A stretch of 61,482 nt of DNA, filler included, from Asterionella formosa (Eukaryota): the NCBI GenBank assembly GCA_002256025.1. It is 11 parts of 11 records of this genome, joined end to end, with 100 filler letters (N's around TTAATTAATTAA, not from the genome) between each part and the next. Parts side by side here need not be neighbours in the genome. Positions count along the whole stretch, not along the records: positions 11,215 to 16,717 come from NKIB01013038.1; positions 16,818 to 22,321 come from NKIB01013039.1; positions 22,422 to 27,922 come from NKIB01013040.1; 8 more parts are not named here. One strand, 5' to 3'. Below are positions 11,285-23,561 of the stretch, in pieces. The position numbers and the translations under genes were made by a program. Numbering within the stretch: the first letter of the stretch is position 1; every line of letters begins with the position of its first letter. Below the pieces are notes generated by a model. That model was given only the letters and a program-made list of their open reading frames with translations. It was not told the DNA's origin and did not search any database.

Positions 11285-14200
11285 ATGTCTAATCCAGTAA
11301 ATCTTCCAACCGTTCCCCCTCAGAGAGGAGGTATTCATACCACATATGGCATCTTCATTGGAGGTGCTCAACTTGATGACACTTACCACCTTCTACCAAA
11401 CCGAAGCGCTTATCGATTCTCGACGCAACGTCGTCATGAAAAAACGATTGCTTCCATTGAACAGAAGCTAAGAGATGCACGCGATTCTGTAACCACTGTC
11501 AAGTTCAATGGACAACTTGAAGCAACTGCGGGACTATCTACTGAGATAGGAAAAGAAAAATTCATCAGTATGTTGAAAGAAAAAGTGAAAGAGCATGGCC
11601 AACAAACCTTCTATGCAATCAAAGACAATGATGGAACAGTCGTTGACCTATTCGAACACTCTCATCGCTTCAAATTTGTCACTGTTGTTGATGAGTTCAA
11701 TCGTCGTGCAGATACAACCAATGTTGACTTTGAGGCATTTGATCAGTATGAGTTAGAAGAGGTTGAATTGTCACGCATGCTCGTGTTTTCTCTAATTACT
11801 TCGACCTTCCGTGAGAAAATGGAAATCAGATTTGACCATCGACTCGATTTTGAGTACCTCTCCGGTGCTTGTCTATTCATGATGGCTTTAGAAACCTGTA
11901 ATGCTTCTGTCGCCCATGATGTGGAAGGGGCACGCAACCAACTTGACGGCCTCACTCTTGACTCCTATCCAGGTGAAAATGTGACGGATTTTACCACTGA
12001 AGCACAACGTCTTATCAAAATCATGCAAGGTGACTACGCATTGCCTGTCAATACTGGTTCCAAATTGATTCAGAAGGTCACAAAAACTTCGTGTGAGTAC
12101 TTCAATCGTAAAATGTACACCCTCCTTGATGAAGTCAAAACACTTGAGCATGAGTACAAACTGTCCGATCCTAAGACACTCACCAAGGACTCAAAATACG
12201 CCAAGTTTGGCCCACTGGGAGTTATTGCAACTTTGCAAGCAGCTCATGGAGCACTTCTATCTGAACTTGATTGGCCTGCTCTGGCCACCAAACTCCCAGA
12301 AGCCAATCTCTCGATGAACACCAGTGCAAACACCCGCACCTGCTATCGCTGTGGAAGTGGTGATCATCTCTCTCGCGACTGTCCTCAACCTTCCCAACCT
12401 GCTGGCGGATCCAACACTCGTAAACATTCTGCTGCTCTGGCAGATTGGAAATACATCAAACCAGCTAACCTTACTACAACCAAAACTGATGACCTTGGAC
12501 GTGTTTGGAAATTCTGCACGAAGTGTAAGTGTCGGGCCACCAACAAGGTTGGACATTATCAGCTTAGTCACTTGGACTCGGCTCACCTTGATAACTATCG
12601 TGCCCGTCAGCGAGCTGCCGCAACCAATCAACCTGCCAGTTCCCTTTTGAACACCATCAGTGGTCCCACATCGCACGAAACTGCTCCACCAGACACTCCA
12701 CAGAGTAATTTGTCAGCAGTTGCCAACCCTAACCCCATTCCTGCCGGTCCTCCTGATATCACTACACCTGCTCCTTCCACTACCACTGAACCACTTGACG
12801 ATATGACCTTTACTGGGGCATGGTGTGCTCCTGTTATCCATCCAATTGATGTCGATGTGTATGTTTGCGGATACACTCCTACTCCAAGTACCTTCAGAAA
12901 GAGCGAGACAAACGTGCACACTTCTGTCATTGAGAGGGAGAAGACCAATAAAAATGACAATGCGTGTGAGACACATGCAAATCTGGAGTGCAAAAACAAT
13001 GAAATTGCTGGGGAGGACCTGAAACTGCCAAGTGACTCGATCCAGAGGACAACATACCTTATCATGAAAATCCTATTTTGGTTTAGTGCGATATTCTGGG
13101 ATACAGTAGCATACTTTATCCTTTCTTCCCCATCTGATACTCCTGCTCGCACACTGCGACGATGCAAACAGAAGAATGTTCCTGTACCTTTCATTTTTGC
13201 ACCAGCATCATGGATGATATTGACACATTCCATTCTACTTTTGCCTGGGATATTTTATGGTCACAAGAACCTTCCAACCTTCCACACTGTCAAGGATCTT
13301 TTCAACACTCAATCGGCTGCTACTTATGACAGAATCACAAAACTTGAAACAATGATTGACCTGGATTGGAAAGCTCTTTGGAACTTCAACCAAATAAAAT
13401 GGGAAAGTATTCACAATGATCTCAACCCATGTGTTCTTGAATCCACATCTGTGAATGCGTCAACTCCTCAGACACCATATGATCCATTTCACTTTCATGA
13501 CCTATGTGCTACCCGCCACTGTGTTGACTGCATACATGAATCGAATGCAACTGTATTAACAAAGAATACTAAGGAGGAACCAACATGCAACCACTCAACG
13601 ACTCAAGTGATGGATGTTCTTACCGATATCGATATCTTAGCACATGACCCATACTCTTTGTTCACAATGGCAAACACAACGTCAGCAGTAATCTTCGATA
13701 CAGGAGCATCATTGGGAATTACACATGACATACAAGACTTTGATGGGCCACTTACCATTCCAGACTATGATCTTCGACTTGGGGGTATGGCCAACGGATT
13801 AAAAATAGAGGGAGTTGGACCAGTTACATGGACATTCAGCAACAAAGATGGCACAGAAGTGCAGATTCGCAGCCAGTGCTACTATGTCCCTCAATCTAAA
13901 ATGAGACTGATTAGTCCACAACGTCTGTTCAATAAAGAAAAAGGAGTAAGTGGATGGTACAAGGGTGATGAAGAATCATTCAGGCTTCAATTCGATGGGT
14001 GTCCTTGTCTGATTGTTGAGTATGACCCCAGAAATCACCTCCCAATTGGACAAGCCAGGATTGGATCGGGAATGTTACCGCAGATGAACTTTGCCCTAAC
14101 CAACGAGGGAAATCAAAACATTAGTGCTGGTCAAAAACTTCTTTTAAACTGGCATTTTCGCTTCGGACACTTAAACTTACCAGCAGTTCAACGAATACTA

Positions 14201-16717
14201 CGTGCATTCCCATTCACCGCCAATCGATTTGCCTCAGCATCCAAATGCAATACATTGGACCTAAAATGCGAAATCTGTCAATACTCTAAAGGACACCGTC
14301 GCTCAACAAATTCTTCCACAATCACTGCAAATCCTGAACGAACTGGTGCACTGACAGCTGAACATCTTGGACCTGGTGTTAGAGTTTCCGTTGATCACTT
14401 TGAATCTCGCCTTCTAGGACGCACCTTTGACTCCTATGGAAAACCATCAGCAGACACCTACAAAGGGGGCTGCATATTTGTGGATCATGGCACTGGATAC
14501 ATTCAGGTGGAGCACCAATTGGGATTCTCTGCTGTTGAAACCATCAGAGCAAAACAAAAGTATGAGCAACAGGCAATGGACAATGGTGTCATTATACAAT
14601 CCTATCTCACTGACAGTGGAGCATTCAAAGCAAACTCTTTTGTTCAACATATTCGAGAACATAATCAGCGTCTTCAATACTGTGGAACAAATGCACACCA
14701 TCAAAATGGTGTAGCAGAACGGGCTATTAGAACAGTATCTGACATGGCACGCTCAATGATTCTCCATGCTTCCAGTCATTGGAAAGGAGGGATTGACAGC
14801 ACACTTTGGCCTATGGCAGTTACTTACGCGGTGCACCTTTATAATCATACCCCAAATAATCATTCCCTTTGCCCAGCTGATCTCTACACTGGAAGCACAA
14901 TTCCCAGACATCGACTGCGAGATCTTCACACTTGGGGATGTCCAGTGTATGTTCTTGACCCAACTCTTCAGTCAGGGAAGAAATTACCTAGATGGCAACC
15001 ACGATCACGACGAGGTGTGTTCCTTGGATTGAGCTCCATTCACTCCAGCGAAGTCCCTTTGGTCCTTAATTTGCAAACTGGGAGTATTACCACTCAATAT
15101 CATGTGGTTTTTGACGACAGTTTCTCCACGGTGGCATCAATTGGAAAAGATGAAGACCCTCCTGAATACTGGGACGATTTGTGTCTGGAAAATACAACCT
15201 ACATACCGAACGATTCAAACACTGACACACCAATGCATCTTCAAGACGATTGGCTCACTTCAGATGAACAAGCACAAAAACAGAGGGAGCTGCATCGACA
15301 ACAGCGGATTCGTACCACATTTTCCCCTCCACACTCCATTATGACAGCCTTACCACCTGAAGGACCATCAACACCAGCAGAAGATATCGGCATTTTAGAG
15401 GGAGCATCTGCTCCAATACCTCCTCCTAAAATACCTGTTCCACTCGGCACTGACAGTACATACACAAAACACATTCCAGATTCTATTGCAATTAATCCTA
15501 TTGCAAGTTCACCCCACTCTTCACCACCAGTGCCAGCAGTTCGACGATCTGAAAGAACAAATAAGGGTCAGTATAATTGTACAAAATATATTGACGAAGT
15601 ATATTTGACCATGCTGGATCAAACCAAGCATGACAATTTCTACAAGAAACAGCTGGCATATTCGGCAGAATTACTTACCTGTTTTGACACAGGTGTTCAC
15701 AACATTACTGACCCTCGAGTGTACGCAGCCAAAACACGCCGCAAAGATGACCCTGATTCTCCAACGTTTCATCAGGCTATTCATGGCGAAAATTCAGAAG
15801 AGTACATTAAAGCAATGCAAATAGAGATTGCAACACTCATTCTCCAACGTACCTGGGAATCTGTGCCAAGAACTGCAAACCTCCACGTATTAAAAGGTAC
15901 ATGGGTATTCAAACTGAAACGGCTCCCAGACGGCACACCTTATCGCTTCAAAGCACGCTTTTGTGCACGAGGAGATCTCCAAAAGGAGGGCATCGACTTC
16001 TTCGAGACCTATGCACCTGTTGTCCTTTGGTCTACCATCCGCTTGCTATTGTTAACTGTTCTCACTGAGGGCTGGTCAACCCGTCAAGTCGACTACACCA
16101 ATGCATTTGCTCAAGCCGATCTCAAAGAAGAAGTATATCTGGAATACCCTCGCATGTTTGGACCCAAGTCCGGCACCAATAAAGTGTTGAGACTGCTAAA
16201 AAGTCTGTATGGACTTCGTCAAGCTCCTCGCACCTTCTTTGAGAAACTTCGGGAGGGACTTTTGGAACGTGGGTACACTCAATCTCAAATTGATCCATGC
16301 CTGTTCATGAAACAAGGAATTATTTGTGTCTGCTATGTCGACGACACCATATTTGCTGGAGCGGACTCACTTGTTCTTGAAGCTGAAATTCAAAGCCTTG
16401 GCGTCCATGAAAAGGAACAGCGTCACACTTTTGCACTTAGAAATGAAGGGGAAGTTGGTGCCTTTCTTGGAATTCAAATTAAAAAAACCGGACTGCAGGA
16501 ATATAATCTCACTCAAACCGGGCTAATTGACAAAGTCCTGGCAGCAACTGGCATGTCTGATTGTAATGGAGTGGATACACCATCGACTACTACTCCATCA
16601 GGAATCGATTTCGATGGAGATCCGTTCACTGAAACCTGGCAATACAATTCAATCATTGGCATGCTGATGTACCTGTCTGCGAATACCCGCCCAGATATTG
16701 CTTATGCCGTTCATCAA
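11285..16717 (+). mobile_element. Ty1/Copia (CoDi-like) gag-pol polyprotein, 3'-truncated by the contig end before RNase H
   Basis: Single ORF of more than 1800 aa: CCHC knuckle CYRCGSGDHLSRDC, protease VIFDTGAS, WHFRFGH..CEIC, integrase VSVDH/LTDSG/NGVAER, RT KARFCARG/LKSLYGLRQAP/YVDD; PR-IN-RT order defines Copia. Confidence 0.97.
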
Positions 16718-16817
16718 NNNNNNNNNNNNNNNNNNNNNNNNNNNNNNNNNNNNNNNNNNNNTTAATTAATTAANNNNNNNNNNNNNNNNNNNNNNNNNNN
16801 NNNNNNNNNNNNNNNNN

Positions 16818-17821
16818 TTTTTTTTCAGAACACACCATTTTGTCTGAAGAAGACCAAATGCCATTTCTATTCTTATCCTTAGCTGTGAAAGGAAAAAGTT
16901 AAATGTATCCTGTGTTGGATCATCACGTTGTGAGCCAACAAAGGGAACAAGCATTACATCAGACAATGTGTAAGCTGCATCGCCGACCAGATAAAAACCT
17001 GTGTTGAATGCTGCAACTTGATCGAAAATGGAAGTTTTTTCAAAAGCTACTTGGTCACTGCATTTTCCCGGTGCAATTACACCAAAATAAATAAATCTTG
17101 AGTCAGCATCACAAACAGCCTGGACATTGATTCCATAAGTCATGTAGTGACCGGAAAAAAATGAACCAGGGTTGTTGCCACTTTCAACTATAGTCGGGCG
17201 GTTGATGGTGGCAAGGAAGCCGTCAATAGCACCAACACATCCTCTCATCACGCCCTCTGAGCTTTTGCATTCAAAGCTGGAAGCCAATTTGATAAATTCT
17301 TCTTTTTCTTTTGGAAAAATAATTTCGAGTTCTTCACAGTTTAGTACAGCATCAATGAACAAATCACGACATCGATAAAGTGAAGCAATGCTACAACCGT
17401 AGGCATGACGAATGTCGATGTAACTGCCACCAGCCAGCCATCGCAAACCAATGGCTACCACAATTTCGGGAATTATGGGCTCAGAAGTGCCACATTTGGA
17501 ATAATTCCCTGCAATCTGAATTTCCAGCATGGAGGTGAGTTTTTTGAATGCTCTGTGTGACATTCTGTATGTCTTCTCGAAAGCAATCTCGTGATTGAGT
17601 TTCTCGACATGTGATTGCCAGGAGATTCTTTCGTGGTGCCACTTGTGCCTTCGTTGTCGTCGTCGTTCAGATGACTGAAGCTGCCGTTTACAGCGTCGCC
17701 TTTGTCGTTTGGATGAGTGTTCTTTTTCCTCTGCTTCCTTAGTTAAATGACAGAGGAAGAAGAAATCAAGATCACTACTGTCATCGTCATTATCATCAAG
17801 TAAATCAAATGGCGACGACAT
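16818..17821 (-). CDS. PIF/Harbinger DDE transposase (HARBI1 / DDE_Tnp_4-like), C-terminus cut by the contig end
   Basis: YRMSHRAF, LRWLAGGSY, GCVGAIDG, NVQAVCDADSRF, LVGDAAY, FNFFLSQLRIRIEMAFGLLQTKW; upstream TIR ...ATGATAAGAACGACCC ends at 18115 and is followed by TTA. Confidence 0.93.
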
Positions 17822-18499
17822 GATTCATGCAAATGTGTGTTTTTAATATTATATTTAGTTTCCCGGTAATTATATTTTGTTGTTGCTTGATATCAAGACC
17901 ATCATTATATTCTGGAGGGATATACACATGATCTTCGCCAGCCTGTTGCCGTTGAAGATTCATTTTACTCCATGATACAATGTGATCACAAATTAGTGAT
18001 ACAGTGACACTTTTGGAATGAATGAAATTCAGTTCAAATCGAGTTACCGTTGCTGATACATTTTCAAAAAAATTCAAATTCCGTGATACACGAAAAAAAA
18101 TGATAAGAACGACCCTTACGCGCAAGCACTAGGGGTACCATGCTCATGTGTGACGTATGGCACCTACAATTCAGAGGTGCGTCTACAACAACAGGTAGCT
18201 ACTGGTACTCTATGTATGGTGCAATCATCAAATGGCATTGTGTGTACTGGTACCCATGGTGGTACCGGTAATACAGGTAGCCTATGGTACCATGCACTAG
18301 CTCGTATATAGCTAGCAAACTTCAGCAACGACTAAACTGGGAGGCAAAAATCAAGTGTTGTGGCAGTACATAAATAGCAAGCACACTTCTCCTATTAATT
18401 GAATGCATACATTGCAAGGTAGCTAGCACAGCAATATATGCAGATGTACAAAAATATGATGGATATTCTTCAAATATATAGATAGAAAGTGAATGAAAC

Positions 18500-20796
18500 T
18501 TTAGACTTCTTGCAAGTTTGCTGATGCTTCGACTCATTACCTTGCAAAGTCATGGCAATAACCATCATTTGATCACAATCAATGTATGGAATATGATTGC
18601 ATTACTAGAAGTTATCACAACTGTTTACAAAATTTCTCTCGGTTTGCTTGCATTTGTCTAAAAGCAGTGCTGTTCCACTATTCCTCCCTTGAGCAGTTAC
18701 AGGTGAAATACCAAGGCAGCCCTCACATTGCTCAAGATCAACATAGACATTTTCTCTTGTAATTAAAGATTGCAGGAGATATCGATTTTTCGCTCAACCA
18801 TCCAATCTTCAGCAATGGTTGTTGAAATGAGTCCAATGATGTTGATAAACTTCTCCATTATTGGGGCATTTCAAATGATCCCTGTATTTTTAATAATAAT
18901 GTTGGTGCTGGTATTGATACAGAAGAAAAGAGGAACAAGCTTCTGTGCACCATTACGACCACATTTGAGAAGCATCGCCTAAATTGGGAAACTTTTTTTC
19001 CTGATGAGCCGATGGAATTAGTCATACCTATCATTCCAAAAAAAGATCACCGACGTCGTGTATTCTCCGTTTATGCATTGACACAGGCGAGTGAATACGA
19101 AATAGTTGATGCCAGTTCATCTTCTCCCAATACTACCATTCCAAGAAGTAAAGATCGTGTTTCTTGTATGCCCATGGTAGATCTTGTTTCTACTTTCTCA
19201 GAGTGTCTAATTGAGTCTATCGAATCTGATAAACTTGATATAAAATCTCCCCCTTCCAAAACAAAAGCAAAATGTAAATAAAAGGCAACTCCAGACATGG
19301 TTGCCAATCCGGAAGAAGCAGTCCATGACTTGTCACCAAAGAGTTCCGAAATTGTAGGAGTGATTGGGAAAGTAAATAAAGAACAGGTTGAGGAGGAAAG
19401 TGATTTGTCCCATTAATCCAGTAAGGAGTTGGAAATATTGAGACAGGACATGGTCGCCAGTCTGGATGTCGTTCATGGGTGCATTTGGTGGCATATTGTT
19501 GTCTTTCTGATGTAGTCTAAAATCTTGAGGAAAGTGAGTTTCCCGTGAAATCATCGACTCCGAAATTTCCTTGAAGTTTCAATTGATGTTTTGTTAAACA
19601 AAGCCAGACTCAAGGACCACATAGAATTTGTTGAGAACAAAATCCAAGACACTGTCATCTAGTCTCTTCTCTTTGCCTTTGTCATCATGATCAAAGTATC
19701 TAACCAGTAAGAGTCGTTCCTTACTCTTCTGTTGTCTCTTGAACAGACATGAAATACGCCATCGAAAAACGTATTTCCTTATTGAAAAATCTGCGATCGG
19801 TATCCCCTTCACAACCAAGATCGTTCCATTCCTTGTAGCACTCGGAACATTTGCCATTCCAGATAACAAGTGATATATTGCACTATCGAGAGCGTGCGAA
19901 TGTCGAGTTGTCAAGAAAAACGTGACTGTAACAGAACAAGGAAACAGAAAGGGATAATGGTCTGTCAACTAAAGGATTAGACAGTGGGCAAGAGAAGAGG
20001 TAAGTTATATAATTGTTTTGCTTCTCAACTGTGGCTACCAAGGGGCTTATGATTGGTACCGTGTGAGGCCGGAAGCAAACTATAAAATTGTATCGCTGTT
20101 TGTGTGCGCTGCTACCACTCAAAGTTTCTAGGTAAGAAACCGCACTTAATATGTTTGTGCACAATGCTGCAGAGGCTTTGTAGTTTCTGTGTCCATTAAT
20201 TAAGATTTCGACATTAATAACATCTTTCCCTCCCATATATGCAGATGTGAGGGTCAACAACACTACCTGTCACCCATCAATCAACAGTGAGAGCATAGGT
20301 AAGTCACTATACTCTCATTTGATGCTCGTTATGTCGATTGGAACGTGAAGTTCCTATATAGATTGTTTATGACATCAGTTCATGGCACATGTGTGGCTGG
20401 AGATGCTTTAATCGTTGCAACACGTTTGCTAACTTTGATATTATCTCCTCAAAATCATACAGGAACCTTGGAGAATGTGGCTTGCTACCATTCTTAATGG
20501 AAGCAACAATCAACCATGAGAGCACAGGTAAGTAATATGCACATCATTGCCTGCTCATACGGAAATTGGAGTGATGGATTGTTCATGTGATCGTTTCGTT
20601 GCACATATCTACGTTTAGATGGCTGCATTGCTTACTTGATGCAACAGTTTTGCTAACATTGTTGTTATTATCTCTTACAGGAAAGTCGTACAAGAACATA
20701 GGAGAATGTGACTTGCTGCCATTCGCAATGGTAGAGGTTCGAATAAAGCATCATCAATTTCGTTTACTATCTCATTTCATTTTGAAAAGGCAATGA
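18500..20796 (+). pseudogene. decayed, partly spliced gene of unknown family inside multicopy element B
   Basis: One mostly continuous frame with scattered stops from about 18500 to 19900 (..NESNDVDKLLHYWG..KHRLNWETFFPDEPMELVIP..), then short exons bounded by GTAAG donors (20000, 20299, 20528) and YAG acceptors; paralogous pieces at 38575-39118, 23562-24400 and, inverted, 26100-26900. Confidence 0.6.
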
Positions 20797-21309
20797 TCTA
20801 AACATAGTTACCGGAAGTGAAAATTAAGGTATTGAAGACCACTGTGTGCTCATTCTGATAGAGGATGCACAGTGGAGAGTATGGGTGACCAGAAGTAGAA
20901 TATTTGAGTATTAAATAGCAATCCATTTAATTCGATTTGTGTTCATCATTGATCGAACATGAAAATAGGTTTGATCAATGAGAGAGATAAGTTAGATCAG
21001 TAGTAATGAACGTTAGATCGAAAGCTAAAAATTCTTTTTGATATTAGCATTCCAAAGGTTAGACTGAATGAATAACTGATTTGATCTCACGATTACTATC
21101 TTTAGATCGAACACCAGAACGTTAGTTGATATCAATCAGTTTTTTTGTGTGATCAATCAGTATTTCTGTATGATCAATCAATATTTCTGTATGATCAATC
21201 AGTTTTTTTGTATGATCAATCAAAAAATAATACATCATACTGAGAATTTTTGGGGCAGTGGTTCTTACAGTAAAACTGTTGGGCCTAACGGTATTTTTAT
21301 TTACAGACG
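19990..21309 (+). repeat. element B 3' part, copy 1, with a 20-21 bp phased TGATCA array and a ...TTTACAGACG terminus
   Basis: Colinear with 23562-24919; homology stops sharply after TTACAGACG. Confidence 0.9.
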
Positions 21310-21379
21310 ATTCGAACAGGAACTTGATACAATTTTCTTCGGCCATGTTGTTGCCTCGCTTCTTTAAAGTGACCTGCTG

Positions 21380-21700
21380 CATCTACAACGCCGATTACTG
21401 GTACAGCCGCCACAAAAAAAACGCTAGTCAAATATGATCACCCAAATTAATTATTTGGGTGGCCCAATATGACGAATTTAGCTACGTACATAATTTAAGG
21501 GTATGACATCACAAAAAAATATGATGCATCATACAATATATATGGACGGAGTGAACTAAAATAGTTTCGACAACTTCCATAATTATTTTAGAAACCCACA
21601 TAATTTTTGGGGCCAACTGACAATTTTTTCTGGCAACACGAAGAAAAATTTGTTCAGTAATAATCTCTATAATACGGTACTTTTCTCGACAATTCGCAAC
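21380..21700 (+). mobile_element. probable element terminus (CATCTA...ACGCCG type)
   Basis: CATCTACAACGCCGATTAC resembles the reverse complement of 23081-23104 (CATCTAAGACGCCGTTTAC); followed by AT-rich phased repeats. Confidence 0.4.
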
Positions 21701-22879
21701 ATTTCCGTTCACAAATATTCTTCACTCTGACTACCATTAATTCTGTTAGTTTGCTCCCATTTTATCTTTACTTTGATCACATTAATACCTCAAGGTTAAA
21801 CAAATATATATGCTAGTCAAACAAATAATTATGTGTAACCAATTCACTTTTTCAATTTCATTCTACAATCGCAAAATCAATCAAATTAATCGCTTCGCTA
21901 TATAGTAGTTTATATTGATACTTTCTATAGAACGTGATTCTCAAACCAATACGACAAGCAATGGATGTTCATTCTTGCAGCTGGATGCTGTAACGACTCA
22001 CAAGATTGCCTGGCTACTCATACTTGCAGGAGTCCCTGTTGCTAGTATCGGTAGATCAATTCATAGCAAATGAGCCGGCTGCTCATTCTCATTGCTCAGA
22101 TTGATTGTCTGCTGTAGAAACAAGAGGGCAACAGCATTTGCAGAGTGAGTTGATGAGATAGCAAAAGTTGCGAAGCCATGATTTCGGTTCTGTGTGCTCC
22201 TTACCATGTTCCCCAATGTCCAACCCAGCCCTCATCAAATTGATTGTCTGCAATCAGTGAACAACGGTCGCAGAGTGAGTTCATGGACGAACAATTTTTA
22301 CAAAGGCATCGTTCTTGTTGTNNNNNNNNNNNNNNNNNNNNNNNNNNNNNNNNNNNNNNNNNNNNTTAATTAATTAANNNNNNNNNNNNNNNNNNNNNNN
22401 NNNNNNNNNNNNNNNNNNNNNTTGTCAGCTACTCATCCTCTGGTTCTTTTTCTATATTGTACTTGCTAGAGTTATCGCTGTAGACTATTTGTAGCTGCTC
22501 CGAGACGGAGAAGGCCATTGTGGCACATCTCAATTTCGATTCACTACGGAGACATGCAATGCTCAACGATGCTCAACAAGTGTTAACGGTGCTTTATTTC
22601 CAATCTGGCAGGCTATTGTAATCTCTACAATCAACAATGACTTAATTATGTGTCTACAACATCAACTACTACTACGTGTGCTGAATTCTACAGTGTGAAT
22701 CGTCCTCTTGCATGTGTTATTCTTTGCCAGTTCAGATCAAAGAAATATGTCGGAGCGGAAAAAATAATAAGTGAATCGGAATTGGCGACTCTTTCGTTCA
22801 TTATATGGTGAAAGCAGCATAATATTGCGGCAGAGCAGCATAATTTCGCTTTTAAACTGTTGCGATGGCTAGTTGGTCA

Positions 22880-23104
22880 ACATATATTGTCACGAACACA
22901 CATAATTATTGGTGTGATCACATAATTATTCGATAAGTGAAATAAATTTTTGTTTAACCCGAATAAATTAGGGAAAAAGTAGCATAATATTTCAAAAAAG
23001 TAACATAATATTTTAGAAAAGTAACATAATATTTTAAAAAAGTAGCATAAATACGTCACTTTACACATAAATTCGAAAAAGTGCCGTAAACGGCGTCTTA
23101 GATG
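22880..23104 (-). repeat. 21-bp periodic AAAAGTA(G/A)CATAATATTT array and element terminus
   Basis: Four 21-bp units at 22975-23050; hairpin GCCGT-AA-ACGGC; ends TCTTAGATG. Confidence 0.6.
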
Positions 23105-23561
23105 AAGTGCTGGATCGGAAGCAATGCAGCACCGACATACTCAGTAATAGACATTAGTAGATTGGTAGCGCAAAGCTACAGTTTCAATGTACTAGCTTAG
23201 TAACAGGCAAAGTTTCACTGTAGCCACGTCATGTTCCTACTGGGCTGTGTATTGAGACAAGGGGAAGAAGGGAATGCTGGTAGGGCAAACCTACAGTTTC
23301 ACAGTACCAGCGTAGTAATATGTTCAGTTTCACAGTACCGGGTATTTGAATTCCTCTTAAGTCTTGTATATTTTAACTAATCATACATACTGGTAGGGTA
23401 TTAAACGTTCTTTCGAAAAAGTTACTAGACATACAGAGATGTATGTTATACACACTTTTTGAAGAGGAGGAAATGTTTCATGCCGGTAATGCATTCTATT
23501 CCACATAACAAACTGATGAGGGAATGTGATGGAGAGCCTTCTACCGGTATCAAACCAACCG

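Noticed and set aside
11743..16526. Short antisense and alternative-frame ORFs over the Copia gene (likewise over the ATPase and JmjC genes)
   Set aside because: Shadow ORFs of long coding sequences with no motifs of their own
16717..16818. Harbinger inserted into the Copia RT/RNase H region
   Set aside because: The junction is an artificial spacer; both ORFs are simply cut by contig ends
5382..18115. One 12.7-kb composite Harbinger bracketed by matching inverted TIRs and containing the Copia
   Set aside because: The ends lie on different contigs separated by three artificial spacers
21380..23104. Single TIR element spanning 21380-23104
   Set aside because: The similar ends are on different contigs and there is no shared TSD
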